Under the pieces are notes generated by a model that was given only the letters and a program-made list of their open reading frames with translations, did not search any database and was not told the origin of the DNA. A DNA stretch of 64,000 nucleotides, taken from contig JACRJQ010000005.1 of the NCBI GenBank assembly GCA_016215405.1, forward strand, positions 11,560-75,559, written 5' to 3'. Positions within the stretch are counted from its first letter, which is position 1. Each line of letters begins with the position of its first letter. Origin of the DNA: Candidatus Tayloriibacteriota bacterium (lineage in GTDB: Bacteria > Patescibacteriota > Minisyncoccia > Phycocordibacterales > UBA6065). Shown here piece after piece: positions 47,468 through 58,108 of the stretch. A program made the position numbers and the translations under genes.

Positions 47468-47818
47468 TCAGGTTTTGAGCCTGGCCGAGGCCTCCCTCGA
47501 CAGTATCTCGAACGTCGGACCGAGCGGGTTTCCCGCCGATTCGAAGCTGATGCTCCCCGTCGACCAAAGAAAGATCTTGAATTCGATCATAGGGAGGCTC
47601 AGGACGATGCCCGAGCCTGCGCCGGTGATGACGACTTCGCCCGGCGATACGACTTTGCCGAACCAGGCGAGGTCGATGACGGCCGTATGAGGCACGAAGC
47701 TCAGTCTTTCGATGCAGCCGGTGAACAGGTCTCCGTCGTTCGCTATGAATTCGAGATATCTGCCGCGGAAATCCTCGCCCAGAGAGCAAAACTCGCTCCA
47801 CGACATCTCTTTTTGCAT
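47468..47818 (-). CDS. Hypothetical protein
   Basis: Best ORF in the interval; globular composition. Confidence 0.5.
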   Translation of the reverse strand: MQKEMSWSEFCSLGEDFRGRYLEFIANDGDLFTGCIERLSFVPHTAVIDLAWFGKVVSPGEVVITGAGSGIVLSLPMIEFKIFLWSTGSISFESAGNPLGPTFEILSREASARLKT

Positions 47819-47965
47819 TGAGGGCCTTTGTTGGATCCTCGCAAAAGTCTAGTTTCAGCGGAGGAGGCTGTCAATGTCGCGGACGGCTCGTCGGAAGAAG
47901 CCTCGCGAAGTCCGCCCCTTGTCAATCTAGATGCCGACGCGAAAATACTCTATACTCTCTTTACT

Positions 47966-48598
47966 ATGGTAATCACATATCTCGGCGGAGCGTTCATAAA
48001 GGTACAGTTCGGCGACATAACCATCGCGGTCAATCCCGTATCGAAGGATTCGAAGAAGCTAAAGCCGTCTCGCTTCGGCGCGGACATAGCCCTCGTCTCC
48101 CTCAATCACGCCGACTTCTCCGGCCTCGACCAGGTGTCGTTCGGCGAGAGGCAGGCGTTCGCGGTCACCGGTCCGGGCGAGTACGAGATAAAAGGAGTCT
48201 TCATAAAAGGCTTCAAGTCGGATTCCAAATACGGCGGGGAAGACAGGCTCAACACCGTCTATACCGTGAACCTCGAGAACATGAATCTCTGCTTCCTCGG
48301 CGCGCACGCGTCGAAGGACCTTCCGGCGGAGGTCGCCGAGTCGATCGACGATATCGACATCCTCTTCGTGCCGGTGGGCGCCGACGGGGTCCTTACGCCC
48401 GCTGACGCCGCAAAGCTCTCGGTGAAGCTCGAGCCGAAGCTCATCGTCCCTCTCTGCTTCGGGAACGCGACCGCTCTCAAAGCCTTCCTCAAAGAGGCGG
48501 GAGAAGAAGGGCAGAAGCCGCAGGACAAGCTTACGCTCAAGAAGAAGGACCTCGAAGGGAAGGACGGCGACGTCGTCGTCCTCGAGCCTGCGGCATAA
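47966..48598 (+). CDS. MBL-fold metallo-hydrolase-like protein
   Basis: ITYLG, GPGEYEIKGV, IDILFVPVG, LEPKLIVP; metal His motifs partly lost. Confidence 0.82.
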   Translation: MVITYLGGAFIKVQFGDITIAVNPVSKDSKKLKPSRFGADIALVSLNHADFSGLDQVSFGERQAFAVTGPGEYEIKGVFIKGFKSDSKYGGEDRLNTVYTVNLENMNLCFLGAHASKDLPAEVAESIDDIDILFVPVGADGVLTPADAAKLSVKLEPKLIVPLCFGNATALKAFLKEAGEEGQKPQDKLTLKKKDLEGKDGDVVVLEPAA

Positions 48599-48626
48599 AG
48601 ACCGGCCTCGAAGCAGGCGAAAACAT

Positions 48627-48998
48627 ATGCTCGACTATCTAGAAAACCTCCGTAGAAAGCCCGAGCCTGAGAGGAAGAAGGCGATCTTCAGGATATCTTT
48701 TTCCGTGACTCTGGCAGTGCTCGCCGTATGGGGAGCATACATCTCCCTGCGCGTAAGCCGGACCGACTTCGCCTTTGACGCCTCGAAGGTGGGATACGAG
48801 GCTCCCGACCTCCGGTCGGCGTTCTCTGACTTCATCGATGGGCTGAGCGCCGCTTACGAATCGCGGGCCAAGGCAGAGGCTGACGCCGCTGCGGCGAAGG
48901 CCTTGGCGGAGAGCATGCCTGAAGAGACTCCTTCATCGCCTTCGGACGAGGCGCTTGCGACCACGACCCTCGATTCCTTAGAAGGGGAAGGCCTCTAA
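48627..48998 (+). CDS. Hypothetical single-TM protein
   Basis: MLDYLENLRRKPE..RK + TM. Confidence 0.72.
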   Translation: MLDYLENLRRKPEPERKKAIFRISFSVTLAVLAVWGAYISLRVSRTDFAFDASKVGYEAPDLRSAFSDFIDGLSAAYESRAKAEADAAAAKALAESMPEETPSSPSDEALATTTLDSLEGEGL

Positions 48999-49142
48999 AG
49001 CGCCTTCGTAGGGCCCTTTTTGCGGACCATTTCGCCTTTAAATCGACGTTTGTCAACTACTTGAAAAGGTCGGAAAATGCTATTATTTGCATACTAAAAG
49101 CTTGCACAGAGCCTTTTATTTTTCCCTTAAAAAGACTACACC

Positions 49143-51611
49143 ATGAGCCCTAAAGCCACCCCGCCGGATCCAAAGCTCCCGTTCGAGGAGAAGGGCATCA
49201 TACAGAGGTCCATAGTCACGGAGATGCGAGAGTCGTATCTCGATTACGCCATGTCGGTCATCACGTCCCGAGCGCTTCCCGACGTGCGCGACGGATTGAA
49301 GCCGGTGCATCGCCGCATCCTCTACGCTATGAACGAGATAGGTCTCACCGCGTCCGCAAAGACCAGGAAGTCGGCGACGGTGGTGGGCGAGGTGCTCGGC
49401 AAGTACCATCCGCACGGCGACGTCGCGGTCTACGACTCTATGGTCAAGATGGCGCAGGATTTCTCCATGCGATATCCCTTGATCATAGGTCAAGGAAACT
49501 TCGGCTCGATCGACGGCGACGGCGCGGCCGCTATGCGATATACCGAGGCGAAGATGTCGCGGCTCTCCGCAGAGCTCCTCAACGACCTGGAGAAGGATAC
49601 CGTCGAATTCCGTCCGAACTACGACAACACCAAGAAAGAGCCGTCGGTCCTTCCTGCAGCCGTTCCGAACCTCCTCCTTAACGGCACTTTGGGCATCGCC
49701 GTGGGCATGGCCACCAATATCCCGCCGCATAACCTCGGGGAGGTCGTAGACGCGACGATCCATCTCATCGAAGACAAGGACGCATCGACCGAAGATCTCC
49801 TTAAATACATAAAGGGCCCGGACTTTCCGACAGGAGGCAATATATATAACGAGAAGGATATCCATCACGCCTACTCGACAGGGAAGGGCGGCGTCGTCTG
49901 CCGTGGAGACGCGGAGATCGTCGAGACCAAGGCCGGGTCCTACCAGATCGTCATCACGTCGATCCCGTACCGCGTGGTCAAAGCCGACCTCATCGTCGCT
50001 ATCGCCGACCTCGTCCGCGACAAGAAGATCGAGGGCATAAAGGGCCTTCGAGACGAGTCTGCCAAGGATATCCGCGTAGTCATCGACCTCAAGCAGGGAG
50101 CCCATCCTCAGAAGGTCCTCAACTTCCTCTACAAGCACACCCAGCTCGAAGACACGTTCCATCTCAACATCGTCGCTCTGGTGAACGGCCGGCCGGAGAC
50201 CCTTTCGCTCAAATCGATCCTTGAGAGCTTTGTAGAGCACCGAGTCGAGGTGGTGAAGCGCCGCACCGCGTACGACCTTCGCGTCGCCGAAGCGCGGGAG
50301 CACATCCTCCTCGGCCTCAAGAAAGCCCTCGACCACATAGACGAGATCATAAAGCTCATAAAGAAGTCCAAGGACGTAGAGGACGCGAAGCAGGGCCTCA
50401 TGAAGGCTTTCAAATTCTCCGACCTGCAGGCTCAAGCCATCCTCGATATGCGCCTTCAGAAGCTCGCGGGCCTCGAGCGCAAGAAGATCGAGGACGAGCT
50501 TGATGCTGTCCAGATCCTCATAAAGGAATTGAAAGAGCTCCTCGCTTCGCCCAAGAAGATCCTTGCCGTCATAAAGAAGGAGCTCGCTGACATAAAGGCG
50601 AAGTACGGCGACGAGCGAAGGACCAAGGTCGTCCGCACCGGCGTTACGGCCCTTTCCGACGAGGACCTCATACCCGACGTCGAGAACGTGCTTGTCCTTA
50701 CCCAGGGCGGATACGTGAAAAGGACCGTGCCCGACGAGTACCGCAAGCAGAAAAGGGGAGGCGTGGGAGTCGTCGACCTCGATACAAAGGAGGAGGACTT
50801 CGTCACGAACCTCATTACCGCGAACACGCATGCGGACATGCTCTTCTTTACGAACAAGGGCAAGGCGTACCAGATAAAGATGTACGAGCTCCCTGAAGGC
50901 AGGCGGGCCACGAAGGGCAAGGCCCTCGTGAACTTCCTCTCGCTCGCGGATGACGAGAAGGTGACCTCCGTCCTTCCTATGCCGAAGGAATCCAAAGCTG
51001 CCGCGGCGCTTTCCCTCATGATGGTCACGAAGGACGGCACGGCGAAGAAGGTCAAAGCCGAGAGCTTCCACGACGTAAGGCGTTCGGGCCTCATCGCGAT
51101 AACCCTCGAGCCGGGCGACGCGCTCATGTCGGTATCGTTCGTGACTTCGGGCGACGAGATGTCCATCGTCACCGCCGAGGGCCAGTCCATACGGTTCAAG
51201 GAGTCGGACGTACGCGAGATGGGTCGCGGCGCCATGGGCGTGCGCGGCATAAGCCTCGCCAAAGGCGACTTCGTCATCTCTGCCGACGTCATAAAGAAAG
51301 ACCATAAGAATCCGCGTATCATGGTCATCTCCAAGAACGGATATGGCAAGACGACCGAGGCGGCCGAGTATAAGACCCAGAACCGAGGCGGCTCTGGCAT
51401 CCTTACCATGAACGTCACCGACAAGACCGGCCAAGTCATCGCCGCCAAGGTCGTGACGGAGGAAGACAACGAGCTTGTTGCCATGTCCAAGAAGTCCCAG
51501 GTGGTGCGCATCGATATAAAGGAGATCCCTGTCCTCGGCCGATCGACCCAGGGCGTGCGCGTGATGAAGCTGCGCGAAGGAGACTCTCTCGCTTCCGTCG
51601 TCTGTCTTTAG
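49143..51611 (+). CDS. gyrA: DNA gyrase subunit A
   Basis: [21 protein letters not shown], GyrA-box QKRGGVG. Confidence 0.98.
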   Translation: MSPKATPPDPKLPFEEKGIIQRSIVTEMRESYLDYAMSVITSRALPDVRDGLKPVHRRILYAMNEIGLTASAKTRKSATVVGEVLGKYHPHGDVAVYDSMVKMAQDFSMRYPLIIGQGNFGSIDGDGAAAMRYTEAKMSRLSAELLNDLEKDTVEFRPNYDNTKKEPSVLPAAVPNLLLNGTLGIAVGMATNIPPHNLGEVVDATIHLIEDKDASTEDLLKYIKGPDFPTGGNIYNEKDIHHAYSTGKGGVVCRGDAEIVETKAGSYQIVITSIPYRVVKADLIVAIADLVRDKKIEGIKGLRDESAKDIRVVIDLKQGAHPQKVLNFLYKHTQLEDTFHLNIVALVNGRPETLSLKSILESFVEHRVEVVKRRTAYDLRVAEAREHILLGLKKALDHIDEIIKLIKKSKDVEDAKQGLMKAFKFSDLQAQAILDMRLQKLAGLERKKIEDELDAVQILIKELKELLASPKKILAVIKKELADIKAKYGDERRTKVVRTGVTALSDEDLIPDVENVLVLTQGGYVKRTVPDEYRKQKRGGVGVVDLDTKEEDFVTNLITANTHADMLFFTNKGKAYQIKMYELPEGRRATKGKALVNFLSLADDEKVTSVLPMPKESKAAAALSLMMVTKDGTAKKVKAESFHDVRRSGLIAITLEPGDALMSVSFVTSGDEMSIVTAEGQSIRFKESDVREMGRGAMGVRGISLAKGDFVISADVIKKDHKNPRIMVISKNGYGKTTEAAEYKTQNRGGSGILTMNVTDKTGQVIAAKVVTEEDNELVAMSKKSQVVRIDIKEIPVLGRSTQGVRVMKLREGDSLASVVCL

Positions 51612-51708
51612 ACCAGAAGATAAAGGCCGCCGAGCTCCGCTCGGCGGCCTTTATCGTTGGGGATAATCCCATGCCGTGCGATAAGAGATTTATGTGTACA
51701 ATAGAGAC

Positions 51709-52164
51709 ATGAAAAAGATATTCTTCGCAGCAATCATTCTCGCTTCTCTCGCCTTTACTCAGCAGGCGTTCGCTCAGAGCCCTAACCCGGCGGCCCAGCC
51801 CCTCGCTCCGGGAGCCCCTATGCCTGGCGCTCAGCAGAGCAACGTCCTTACGGTAGACACGAGCGCGTGCAAGGCGTTCACTACTCAGGGCGCGTCCGCG
51901 ATCTTCAGCTGCTTCCTCGGGTTCCTCGAATACATAAGCATCATCCTTCTCGCCCTCGCCGTCTTCTACACCATGTATGCGGCGTTCAAGCTCGTCCAGA
52001 GCGAAGAGGGCAGGGACGAGGCGAAGAAGACCATCCTCTACGGAATACTCGCCATCTTCATCATGACCTCGGTCTGGGGCCTCGTGAACATACTCGCGAA
52101 CACCTTCAGCATCACAGGGAGCGCCAAGGCGCCAGTCCAGCTCGTTGGATCGAGCAAGCCGTAG
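51709..52164 (+). CDS. CPR pilin (TrbC/VirB2-like)
   Basis: Signal ending AFAQ; two TMs; EAKKTILYG..IF.MTSVWGLVNI. Confidence 0.78.
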   Translation: MKKIFFAAIILASLAFTQQAFAQSPNPAAQPLAPGAPMPGAQQSNVLTVDTSACKAFTTQGASAIFSCFLGFLEYISIILLALAVFYTMYAAFKLVQSEEGRDEAKKTILYGILAIFIMTSVWGLVNILANTFSITGSAKAPVQLVGSSKP

Positions 52165-52236
52165 TCCTATCTCTATAAAAAGCCCTCGGTCCTCTCGGAT
52201 CGGGGGCTTTGCTTTGCGCCTAAGGCGCGGACGAGG

Positions 52237-53334
52237 TCATCTCTCGCGGGTCCAGATCTGCATCTGTTGGTCGGAGACGAGGCATATCCGGTGTGCGTTC
52301 CTGTAGAAGTCGATCCTGCCGCTCGGAGGGACCGGAACGTCGACGGGATCTCGCATCCCCCAGAAGTAGTGGCGGACGAACGTCTTTCCCGATTGGACGA
52401 CGACCGAGCGTTCCGCTTCTGAGAGCGACATCTTGGGCGATTCCATGCCCGGGGCAACCTGGCGGTAGGTCCATCTCTCCTTGGACAAGGCGCTCTCTCC
52501 TTTGGAGAGGGTTTGTCCGCCGAAAGGGCTCTCGAGCGGCGCAGGGACCGAGGCTGTCGCCTGGGACACCCTCGGCGCGCTCGCGGCTGGGTTTACGGGG
52601 AGGGGAGGCGGAGGAGGAGTCGCGGCTTCGAGCTTCGCCTTTACGGCGCCAAGCTCCAAGACGAGGTCGCTTGCCGCCTTTCGGGCTTCGGCCCTTATCT
52701 CGCCGAGGCCGTCTCTCACGGTCCCGACCTCCTGCGCGAGGCTCGCAACGGCGCTCTCGATAGTCGCCGCCTTTTCGGCGTAAGGGACGATCGTGCCGAG
52801 GTTGTTGCTTATGGCTTTCGTCGCCTCGGCCTGAGCCCTCTGGACTTCCAGATGGCGGACGTCGGACTCTTCGATGCGCGCGAGGATCGAGCGGTCTTTC
52901 GACCGTTCCTCGGCAAGCCGTCTCGCCTGGGCCTCGATAGATCCCGTGATCTTTCTTGTCTGCTCCGCGAACCTCAGGTCGAGGTCCGTCGCGTCGCGGA
53001 GGACGCCGACGCTCGCATCGACCTTCCACAAGGCGAAGCAGACGGCCGTCGCGACGAGCGCGAACAGGAGAAAGAACGCGAAGAGCCACTTGCCGGGCGA
53101 CGGCGTCGTCTTGCGGATCTCGGCGATGGCGTCGTCTATATGCCGATTGACGTTGTTCGTGAACGCCATAAGCATCTTGCGGTGCTCGCTTATCGGGGTC
53201 TCCTCCAGGATCTCGGGATCCTTGTCGGAGCTTGCGGGAACAGACGCGCTTGCGGAAGCCGTCGTGGCCGGACCGGCCGTAGCCGGGTCGGCGGCGCTGG
53301 CAGAAGCCTGCGCGGTAGGAGTATTGGATTTCAT
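52237..53334 (-). CDS. Hypothetical single-TM coiled-coil protein
   Basis: Ala-rich N-terminus, TM, coiled coil, Pro linker, small C-terminal domain. Confidence 0.65.
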   Translation of the reverse strand: MKSNTPTAQASASAADPATAGPATTASASASVPASSDKDPEILEETPISEHRKMLMAFTNNVNRHIDDAIAEIRKTTPSPGKWLFAFFLLFALVATAVCFALWKVDASVGVLRDATDLDLRFAEQTRKITGSIEAQARRLAEERSKDRSILARIEESDVRHLEVQRAQAEATKAISNNLGTIVPYAEKAATIESAVASLAQEVGTVRDGLGEIRAEARKAASDLVLELGAVKAKLEAATPPPPPLPVNPAASAPRVSQATASVPAPLESPFGGQTLSKGESALSKERWTYRQVAPGMESPKMSLSEAERSVVVQSGKTFVRHYFWGMRDPVDVPVPPSGRIDFYRNAHRICLVSDQQMQIWTRER

Positions 53335-53522
53335 GACAGGGGCAGACCGGATTTCGTTTTGATAGAACAGCAAAAGGCATGACAGGCGAAAGCCTCCCGA
53401 TGCACTGTTCCAACCTATATACGTCGGCGGGAGCGCAAATGTATCATTCGCGCCGCAGAGGACGCTCGGCACGGCCCTTCGGATGTGAACAAAGGAGAGA
53501 GGAACGGATGTATAATAGGGAT

Positions 53523-54050
53523 ATGTTCTCAGATCCAAGGCATAACATAGAGCAGCTCGGCCTCTCTGACGGGAAGGTCGTCGCGGACCTCGGGACCGGT
53601 TCGGGATTCTACGCTATCGAGGCGGCCCGCGCGGTCGCTCCTATGGGCAAGGTCTACGCCGTCGACATCCAGCGCGGGCTCCTCGATAGGCTTAAGGCGG
53701 AGGCGAACAGGCAGCATGTGAAAAACGTCGAGATCGTCGCCGGCGACCTCGAGAAGGTCGGGGGCTCTAAGGTCCGCGAGTCGTCTTGCGACGCCGTCAT
53801 CGCCTCTAACATACTTTTCATGATCGAAGACAGGAAATCTTTCCTTCTCGAGGCGAAAAGGATATTGAAGCAGGGAGGCAGGCTCCTCCTCGTCGACTGG
53901 TCCGCGTCGTTCTCCCAGATGGGCCCTCACCCCGAGCACGTGGTCTATAAAGACGACGCCCTTAAGCTCGCGAGGTCGATAGGGCTCGAGTTCGACCGCG
54001 AGATCCACGCGGGCAGCCACCATTACGGCCTCATATTCAGGAAAGCGTAG
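53523..54050 (+). CDS. Class I SAM-dependent methyltransferase
   Basis: VADLGTGSG, VYAVDIQ, LKQGG, HHYG. Confidence 0.88.
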   Translation: MFSDPRHNIEQLGLSDGKVVADLGTGSGFYAIEAARAVAPMGKVYAVDIQRGLLDRLKAEANRQHVKNVEIVAGDLEKVGGSKVRESSCDAVIASNILFMIEDRKSFLLEAKRILKQGGRLLLVDWSASFSQMGPHPEHVVYKDDALKLARSIGLEFDREIHAGSHHYGLIFRKA

Positions 54051-54111
54051 GCCAGGCTGGGGATGCGGAGGGCGCGCGAATCCTATATCATAAGGCTGTA
54101 GACGTCTTTTC

Positions 54112-55401
54112 ATGTCCCGATTCCAGACTATATTTCTCGGCATACTCATCGTCCTCGGCGTAGCGGGGGCCGTCGTTTTCGCGACCTCGAAGAATAGGGG
54201 CACCGAGAGCGCGACGCCCGTCGTCATGTGGGGCACGTTCCCGACGACCATGGTCGACGGGCTCCTTTCCGAAGCGAATCTCAACTACAAAGACACGGTG
54301 AACGTCTCGTATATCGAGAAGCCTTACGCCTCGTTCGAAAGCGAGCTCATATCCGCCCTTGCCCGCGGACAAGGTCCCGATATGGTCCTTATACCGCAAG
54401 ACCTCATCGTAAAGCAGCTCGACAAATACTACATCGTCCCGTTCGAGAGCTACTCCGAGCGCGATTTTAGGAACAGCTTCATCCAGGAAGGGGAGCTCTT
54501 CCTCGCGTCGACGGGCATCATAGGGTTCCCCCTTGCGATCGACCCGATGGTCATGTATTGGAACAGGGACATACTTACGAACGAAGGCGTATCTTTACCG
54601 CCTGCGTCGTGGACGGAATTCTTCTCTCTGGCGCCGAAGATAGTCAAAAAGGACGGGAACGGCAATATCAGCCAGGCGATCCTCGCGTTCGGCGAGTTTA
54701 GGAACGTCTCTCATGCCAAGGAGATATTATCCCTCCTCGCCATGCAGGCGGGGACCCCCATAGTGGCGAAAGCGTCTGCTGGAGGCTATCAGAGCGTATT
54801 CTCGGCGCGAGGGTCCGGGCTCGTGCCGGGCGAGGAGGCGGTCTCCTATTTCACGGAGTTCTCCAATCCGAGCAAGGCGTCGTATTCTTGGAACAGGTCG
54901 CTTCCTCTCGACAGGACTGCTTTCCTCGCGGGACGGCTCGCGTTCTATTTCGGGTACGCGAGCGAGCTTACGTCTTTGCGCGCGGCGAACCCGAACCTCA
55001 ACTTCGACGTAGCGATGGTGCCGCAGGTAGCGGGCAAGAAGCTCACTTTCGGCAGGATCCACGGCATCGCGCTCTTGAAGTCGTCTCCTAACGTCGCTTC
55101 GGCCTATCTCGCGGCGACCACTCTCGTCTCGTCGCCTCTGCAGCAAACCTGGGTCGCTAAATCGGGGTATCCCCCGGTCCGTCGAGACCTCCTCTCCGTC
55201 ATTCCGGGAGACGCCTATAAGTCCGTCTTCTATCAGAGCGCGCTCGTCTCCTCGGCGTGGCTCGACCCGTATCGCGAGGCGACTGACGGGATATTCCTAA
55301 GGCTCGTCGAGGGGGTCACCTCGGGCAGGCTGCGCGTCTCGGAAGCCGTCTCCGCGGCATCGACCGAGATACAGAGCCTTCTCCTTAACACGAACATATG
55401 A
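54112..55401 (+). CDS. Extracellular solute-binding protein (family 1)
   Basis: N-terminal TM; GQGPD, P.AID..VMYWN, FLAGRLA.YFG. Confidence 0.85.
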   Translation: MSRFQTIFLGILIVLGVAGAVVFATSKNRGTESATPVVMWGTFPTTMVDGLLSEANLNYKDTVNVSYIEKPYASFESELISALARGQGPDMVLIPQDLIVKQLDKYYIVPFESYSERDFRNSFIQEGELFLASTGIIGFPLAIDPMVMYWNRDILTNEGVSLPPASWTEFFSLAPKIVKKDGNGNISQAILAFGEFRNVSHAKEILSLLAMQAGTPIVAKASAGGYQSVFSARGSGLVPGEEAVSYFTEFSNPSKASYSWNRSLPLDRTAFLAGRLAFYFGYASELTSLRAANPNLNFDVAMVPQVAGKKLTFGRIHGIALLKSSPNVASAYLAATTLVSSPLQQTWVAKSGYPPVRRDLLSVIPGDAYKSVFYQSALVSSAWLDPYREATDGIFLRLVEGVTSGRLRVSEAVSAASTEIQSLLLNTNI

Positions 55402-55898
55402 AAAAAATAACGAAGCTCTCGGCCTTTATATTCGTCCTCGCGGCGATCCTTCTGCCTCAGGCGAGAGAGGCATATGCCCAACCTGCCCAATCGGTGGGAA
55501 GCGATAACCCGGCGAACGTAGACGCCGACCCGAACCGGGCCGACGGAACGAAATTCCAGCTCGTGACCTGTACAGGCGTCGTCGACCCTCGTACGGGGAA
55601 GGGGGTCGAATGCGACTATAACCAGCTCATATCTACCGCGTATCGCGTCATCAAGTTCGTGCTCTACATGCTCATTCCGATACTCCTCGGCATGGTGCTC
55701 TTTACGGGCTGGAAATTCCTCACCGCCGGAGGCGACACCATGAAGCTCGAGAGCGCCAAGAAGATGCTCAAGCCCGTGTTCGTCGGTCTCGTGCTCATCT
55801 TCGGCGCTTGGCTTTTCGTATACACCGTTCTCGACAAGCTCCTCGCTCCGTCGATAGGCGAGATACAGAAGTCGAGCATAGTGCCACAAACAAAATAA
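55398..55898 (+). CDS. CPR pilin (TrbC/VirB2-like)
   Basis: Signal; Cys pair; G..FLTAGG....SAKK; two TMs. Confidence 0.78.
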   Translation: MKKITKLSAFIFVLAAILLPQAREAYAQPAQSVGSDNPANVDADPNRADGTKFQLVTCTGVVDPRTGKGVECDYNQLISTAYRVIKFVLYMLIPILLGMVLFTGWKFLTAGGDTMKLESAKKMLKPVFVGLVLIFGAWLFVYTVLDKLLAPSIGEIQKSSIVPQTK

Positions 55899-55899
55899 T

Positions 55900-56337
55900 A
55901 TGAAAAAAACAATCCTTTCAGTGCTGGCCGCCGCGATCGTAGCGATACCTTCGTACGGCATAGTCGAGTTCGGATACGCCCAAGCCGACAAGCCCGTCAC
56001 CACCACGACCGACAAGCCGGTGACGACCGTGCCGGACAAGACCGTGACGACGGCCCCTTCGCCCGTCATGTCGACCTTGCCCAATCCCCTCAAGGTCAAG
56101 AGCATCTCCGAGCTCTTCTACGACATCGTCGATTTCGTCATAAGCCTCTCGTACGTCGTCATCGCGTTCTTCTTCCTCCTCTCGGGCTTTAAGTTCGTCA
56201 CGGCGCAAGGAAGCGACGACAAGCTCGGCGAGGCAAAGAAGATGTTCTTCAATACGGTGATCGGGGCGCTCATCATCGTCGGCGCCAATACGATAGTCGC
56301 CGTCGTGAGGAGCATCATAGAGAATCTCCAAAAATAA
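55900..56337 (+). CDS. CPR pilin (TrbC/VirB2-like)
   Basis: LPNPL, SGFKFVTAQG....EAKK..F..VIG; TDKPVTT repeats. Confidence 0.8.
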   Translation: MKKTILSVLAAAIVAIPSYGIVEFGYAQADKPVTTTTDKPVTTVPDKTVTTAPSPVMSTLPNPLKVKSISELFYDIVDFVISLSYVVIAFFFLLSGFKFVTAQGSDDKLGEAKKMFFNTVIGALIIVGANTIVAVVRSIIENLQK

Positions 56338-56747
56338 TGAAAAAGATACTGATAGCGGGAATGATCGCGGTCGTAGCCCTGATGGGCCCACTGTCGTTCG
56401 CGCACGCCCAGACCCAGAGCGGCGGTACGTGCGAGAGCCTAAAGACGAACGGCCTCGGCGGCGTCGTGAACTGCGTCATCCTCCTCTTAGACTACGCGGC
56501 GATCGCCATCCTCGCCCTTTCGGTCCTCTATACGATGTGGGGCGCCTTCCTCATGGCCTCGAGCGAAGAGAAGAGGCAGCAGGGAAAGGACATCGTCATA
56601 TTCGGCATAATCGGGATATTCGTGATGACTTCGATATGGGGCCTCGTCAACATATTGCAGAGCACCTTCGGGCTCGAGGGTGGCCCTATAACGCCCACGA
56701 AGATCGACAGGACTCCGGTGAATATCCAGAACCCGTTGAGGTCCTAG
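56337..56747 (+). CDS. CPR pilin (TrbC/VirB2-like)
   Basis: Cys pair; GIIGIFVMTSIWGLVNI. Confidence 0.8.
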   Translation: MKKILIAGMIAVVALMGPLSFAHAQTQSGGTCESLKTNGLGGVVNCVILLLDYAAIAILALSVLYTMWGAFLMASSEEKRQQGKDIVIFGIIGIFVMTSIWGLVNILQSTFGLEGGPITPTKIDRTPVNIQNPLRS

Positions 56748-56847
56748 CCATCGGGATATCCCCATAACGGGGCACAAAGCGGTTTTTCCCTGGTATAATC
56801 AAGGGGCAAAAGCTTTTTTGCAGCATTATAAGGATTTATCACAGCAT

Positions 56848-57213
56848 ATGAAAAAATTCGGCATTGTAGCGTCGGTTCTCGCGTTCCCATACCTCGCTTT
56901 CGCTCAGGTATCCGGCAACGTATCGAACCTCGACGGTATATTCCGCTTTATAAAGAGGCTTCTCGACACGGTACTTCCGCTCATCATAGCGCTTACCGTC
57001 GTCTGGTTCGTCTGGGGACTCTTCCGCATGTTCACCGCCTCCGACGAGGAGAAGAAGGAAAAGGCGAAGTCGACCATCATCTACGGTGTCATCGCTCTCT
57101 TCGTGATGATCTCGATCTGGGGACTCGTCAACATCCTCTATAACACGTTCCAGCTCGACTCGACGAACCGCTCGAACCAGGTCCAGCAGCAGCTTCCTAA
57201 CCTTCCGAGCTAA
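56848..57213 (+). CDS. CPR pilin (TrbC/VirB2-like)
   Basis: AFAQ; YGVIALFVMISIWGLVNI. Confidence 0.8.
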   Translation: MKKFGIVASVLAFPYLAFAQVSGNVSNLDGIFRFIKRLLDTVLPLIIALTVVWFVWGLFRMFTASDEEKKEKAKSTIIYGVIALFVMISIWGLVNILYNTFQLDSTNRSNQVQQQLPNLPS

Positions 57214-57231
57214 GCGATAGCTCAAGGTATT

Positions 57232-57573
57232 ATGAACAGCTTTAAAGCGCTTCTCGTACCGCTTCTTTCGCTCGCGACCCTGGTCGCCGGCCTAAGCGGA
57301 CCGCTCGCTCTCGAGGCAGCCCCCGTGAACGCTTTGGAGCTTCGGCCTGTGCAAAAGCTTTTCGATCTCGTCATCAACCCTGTCGTAAGGCTCCTCTTCG
57401 CCGCAGCGGTGTTCTACTTCGTCTACGGCATCTGGAGCTACGTAAGGAAATCCGACGATCCGTCGGAGAGGGCGCAGGGGGGTAAGCACATCCTCTACTC
57501 GACCATAGGCCTCTTCATCATGATCTCCGTCTGGGGCATCATCGCGGTGATACAGAGGACGGTCGGACAATAG
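57232..57573 (+). CDS. CPR pilin (TrbC/VirB2-like)
   Basis: INP..LLF, G.HILY..IGLFIMISVWGII. Confidence 0.8.
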   Translation: MNSFKALLVPLLSLATLVAGLSGPLALEAAPVNALELRPVQKLFDLVINPVVRLLFAAAVFYFVYGIWSYVRKSDDPSERAQGGKHILYSTIGLFIMISVWGIIAVIQRTVGQ

Positions 57574-57691
57574 GTTCGAGAGCGAAGACCGCCGCATCCG
57601 CGGCGGTCTTTCGTTTTAGGAGATGGGGGATAAAAAAGGGACCCTTCGAGCTTGCGCTCTAGGGTCCCTCGCAGTCGCGGGCTTGGGGCTA

Positions 57692-58108
57692 TTAGGCCTT
57701 CGGCGCGCGAGTGATGATCTTGAGCCAGACAGAGTCTGACTTAAATCTCACTTCCTTCCAGTTCGGCGGCAACTGGATGCCGTCGGGATACCTCGCGGTC
57801 TCCCGATACTCCTCCTTGGAGAGAGGGTGGACGAGGGTGAGCTCGGCGACCAGGTCAGGGGGGCCCGACACGGTCACGATCTCTTCCTCGCTCCTCACGA
57901 TCGCTCGGGATGATTTCCCGGGCGCCGCCCATGTCTCGCGCTCTACGAGGCGAGACGCGGCTGGAGCCTTGTTCCCAGGCCCTTCTGTCTTCATCTTCGA
58001 TCTGACGACGGACGTGACTCCGTATCCGATCCAAGCGAGGAAGCAGATGGTGAGAAGCGCCACTCCCGGTCCATGCAGAGCAGTCCTTTTTTTCGCTGTC
58101 GCGCTCAT
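57692..58108 (-). CDS. Hypothetical membrane-anchored protein
   Basis: GGAGG RBS; ATGA overlap with the upstream gene; one TM. Confidence 0.65.
   Translation of the reverse strand: MSATAKKRTALHGPGVALLTICFLAWIGYGVTSVVRSKMKTEGPGNKAPAASRLVERETWAAPGKSSRAIVRSEEEIVTVSGPPDLVAELTLVHPLSKEEYRETARYPDGIQLPPNWKEVRFKSDSVWLKIITRAPKA

Noticed and set aside
55981-56055. ACCGACAAGCCSGTSACSAC tandem repeats
   Set aside because: In-frame TDKPVTT low-complexity linker within a pilin; not a separate element.
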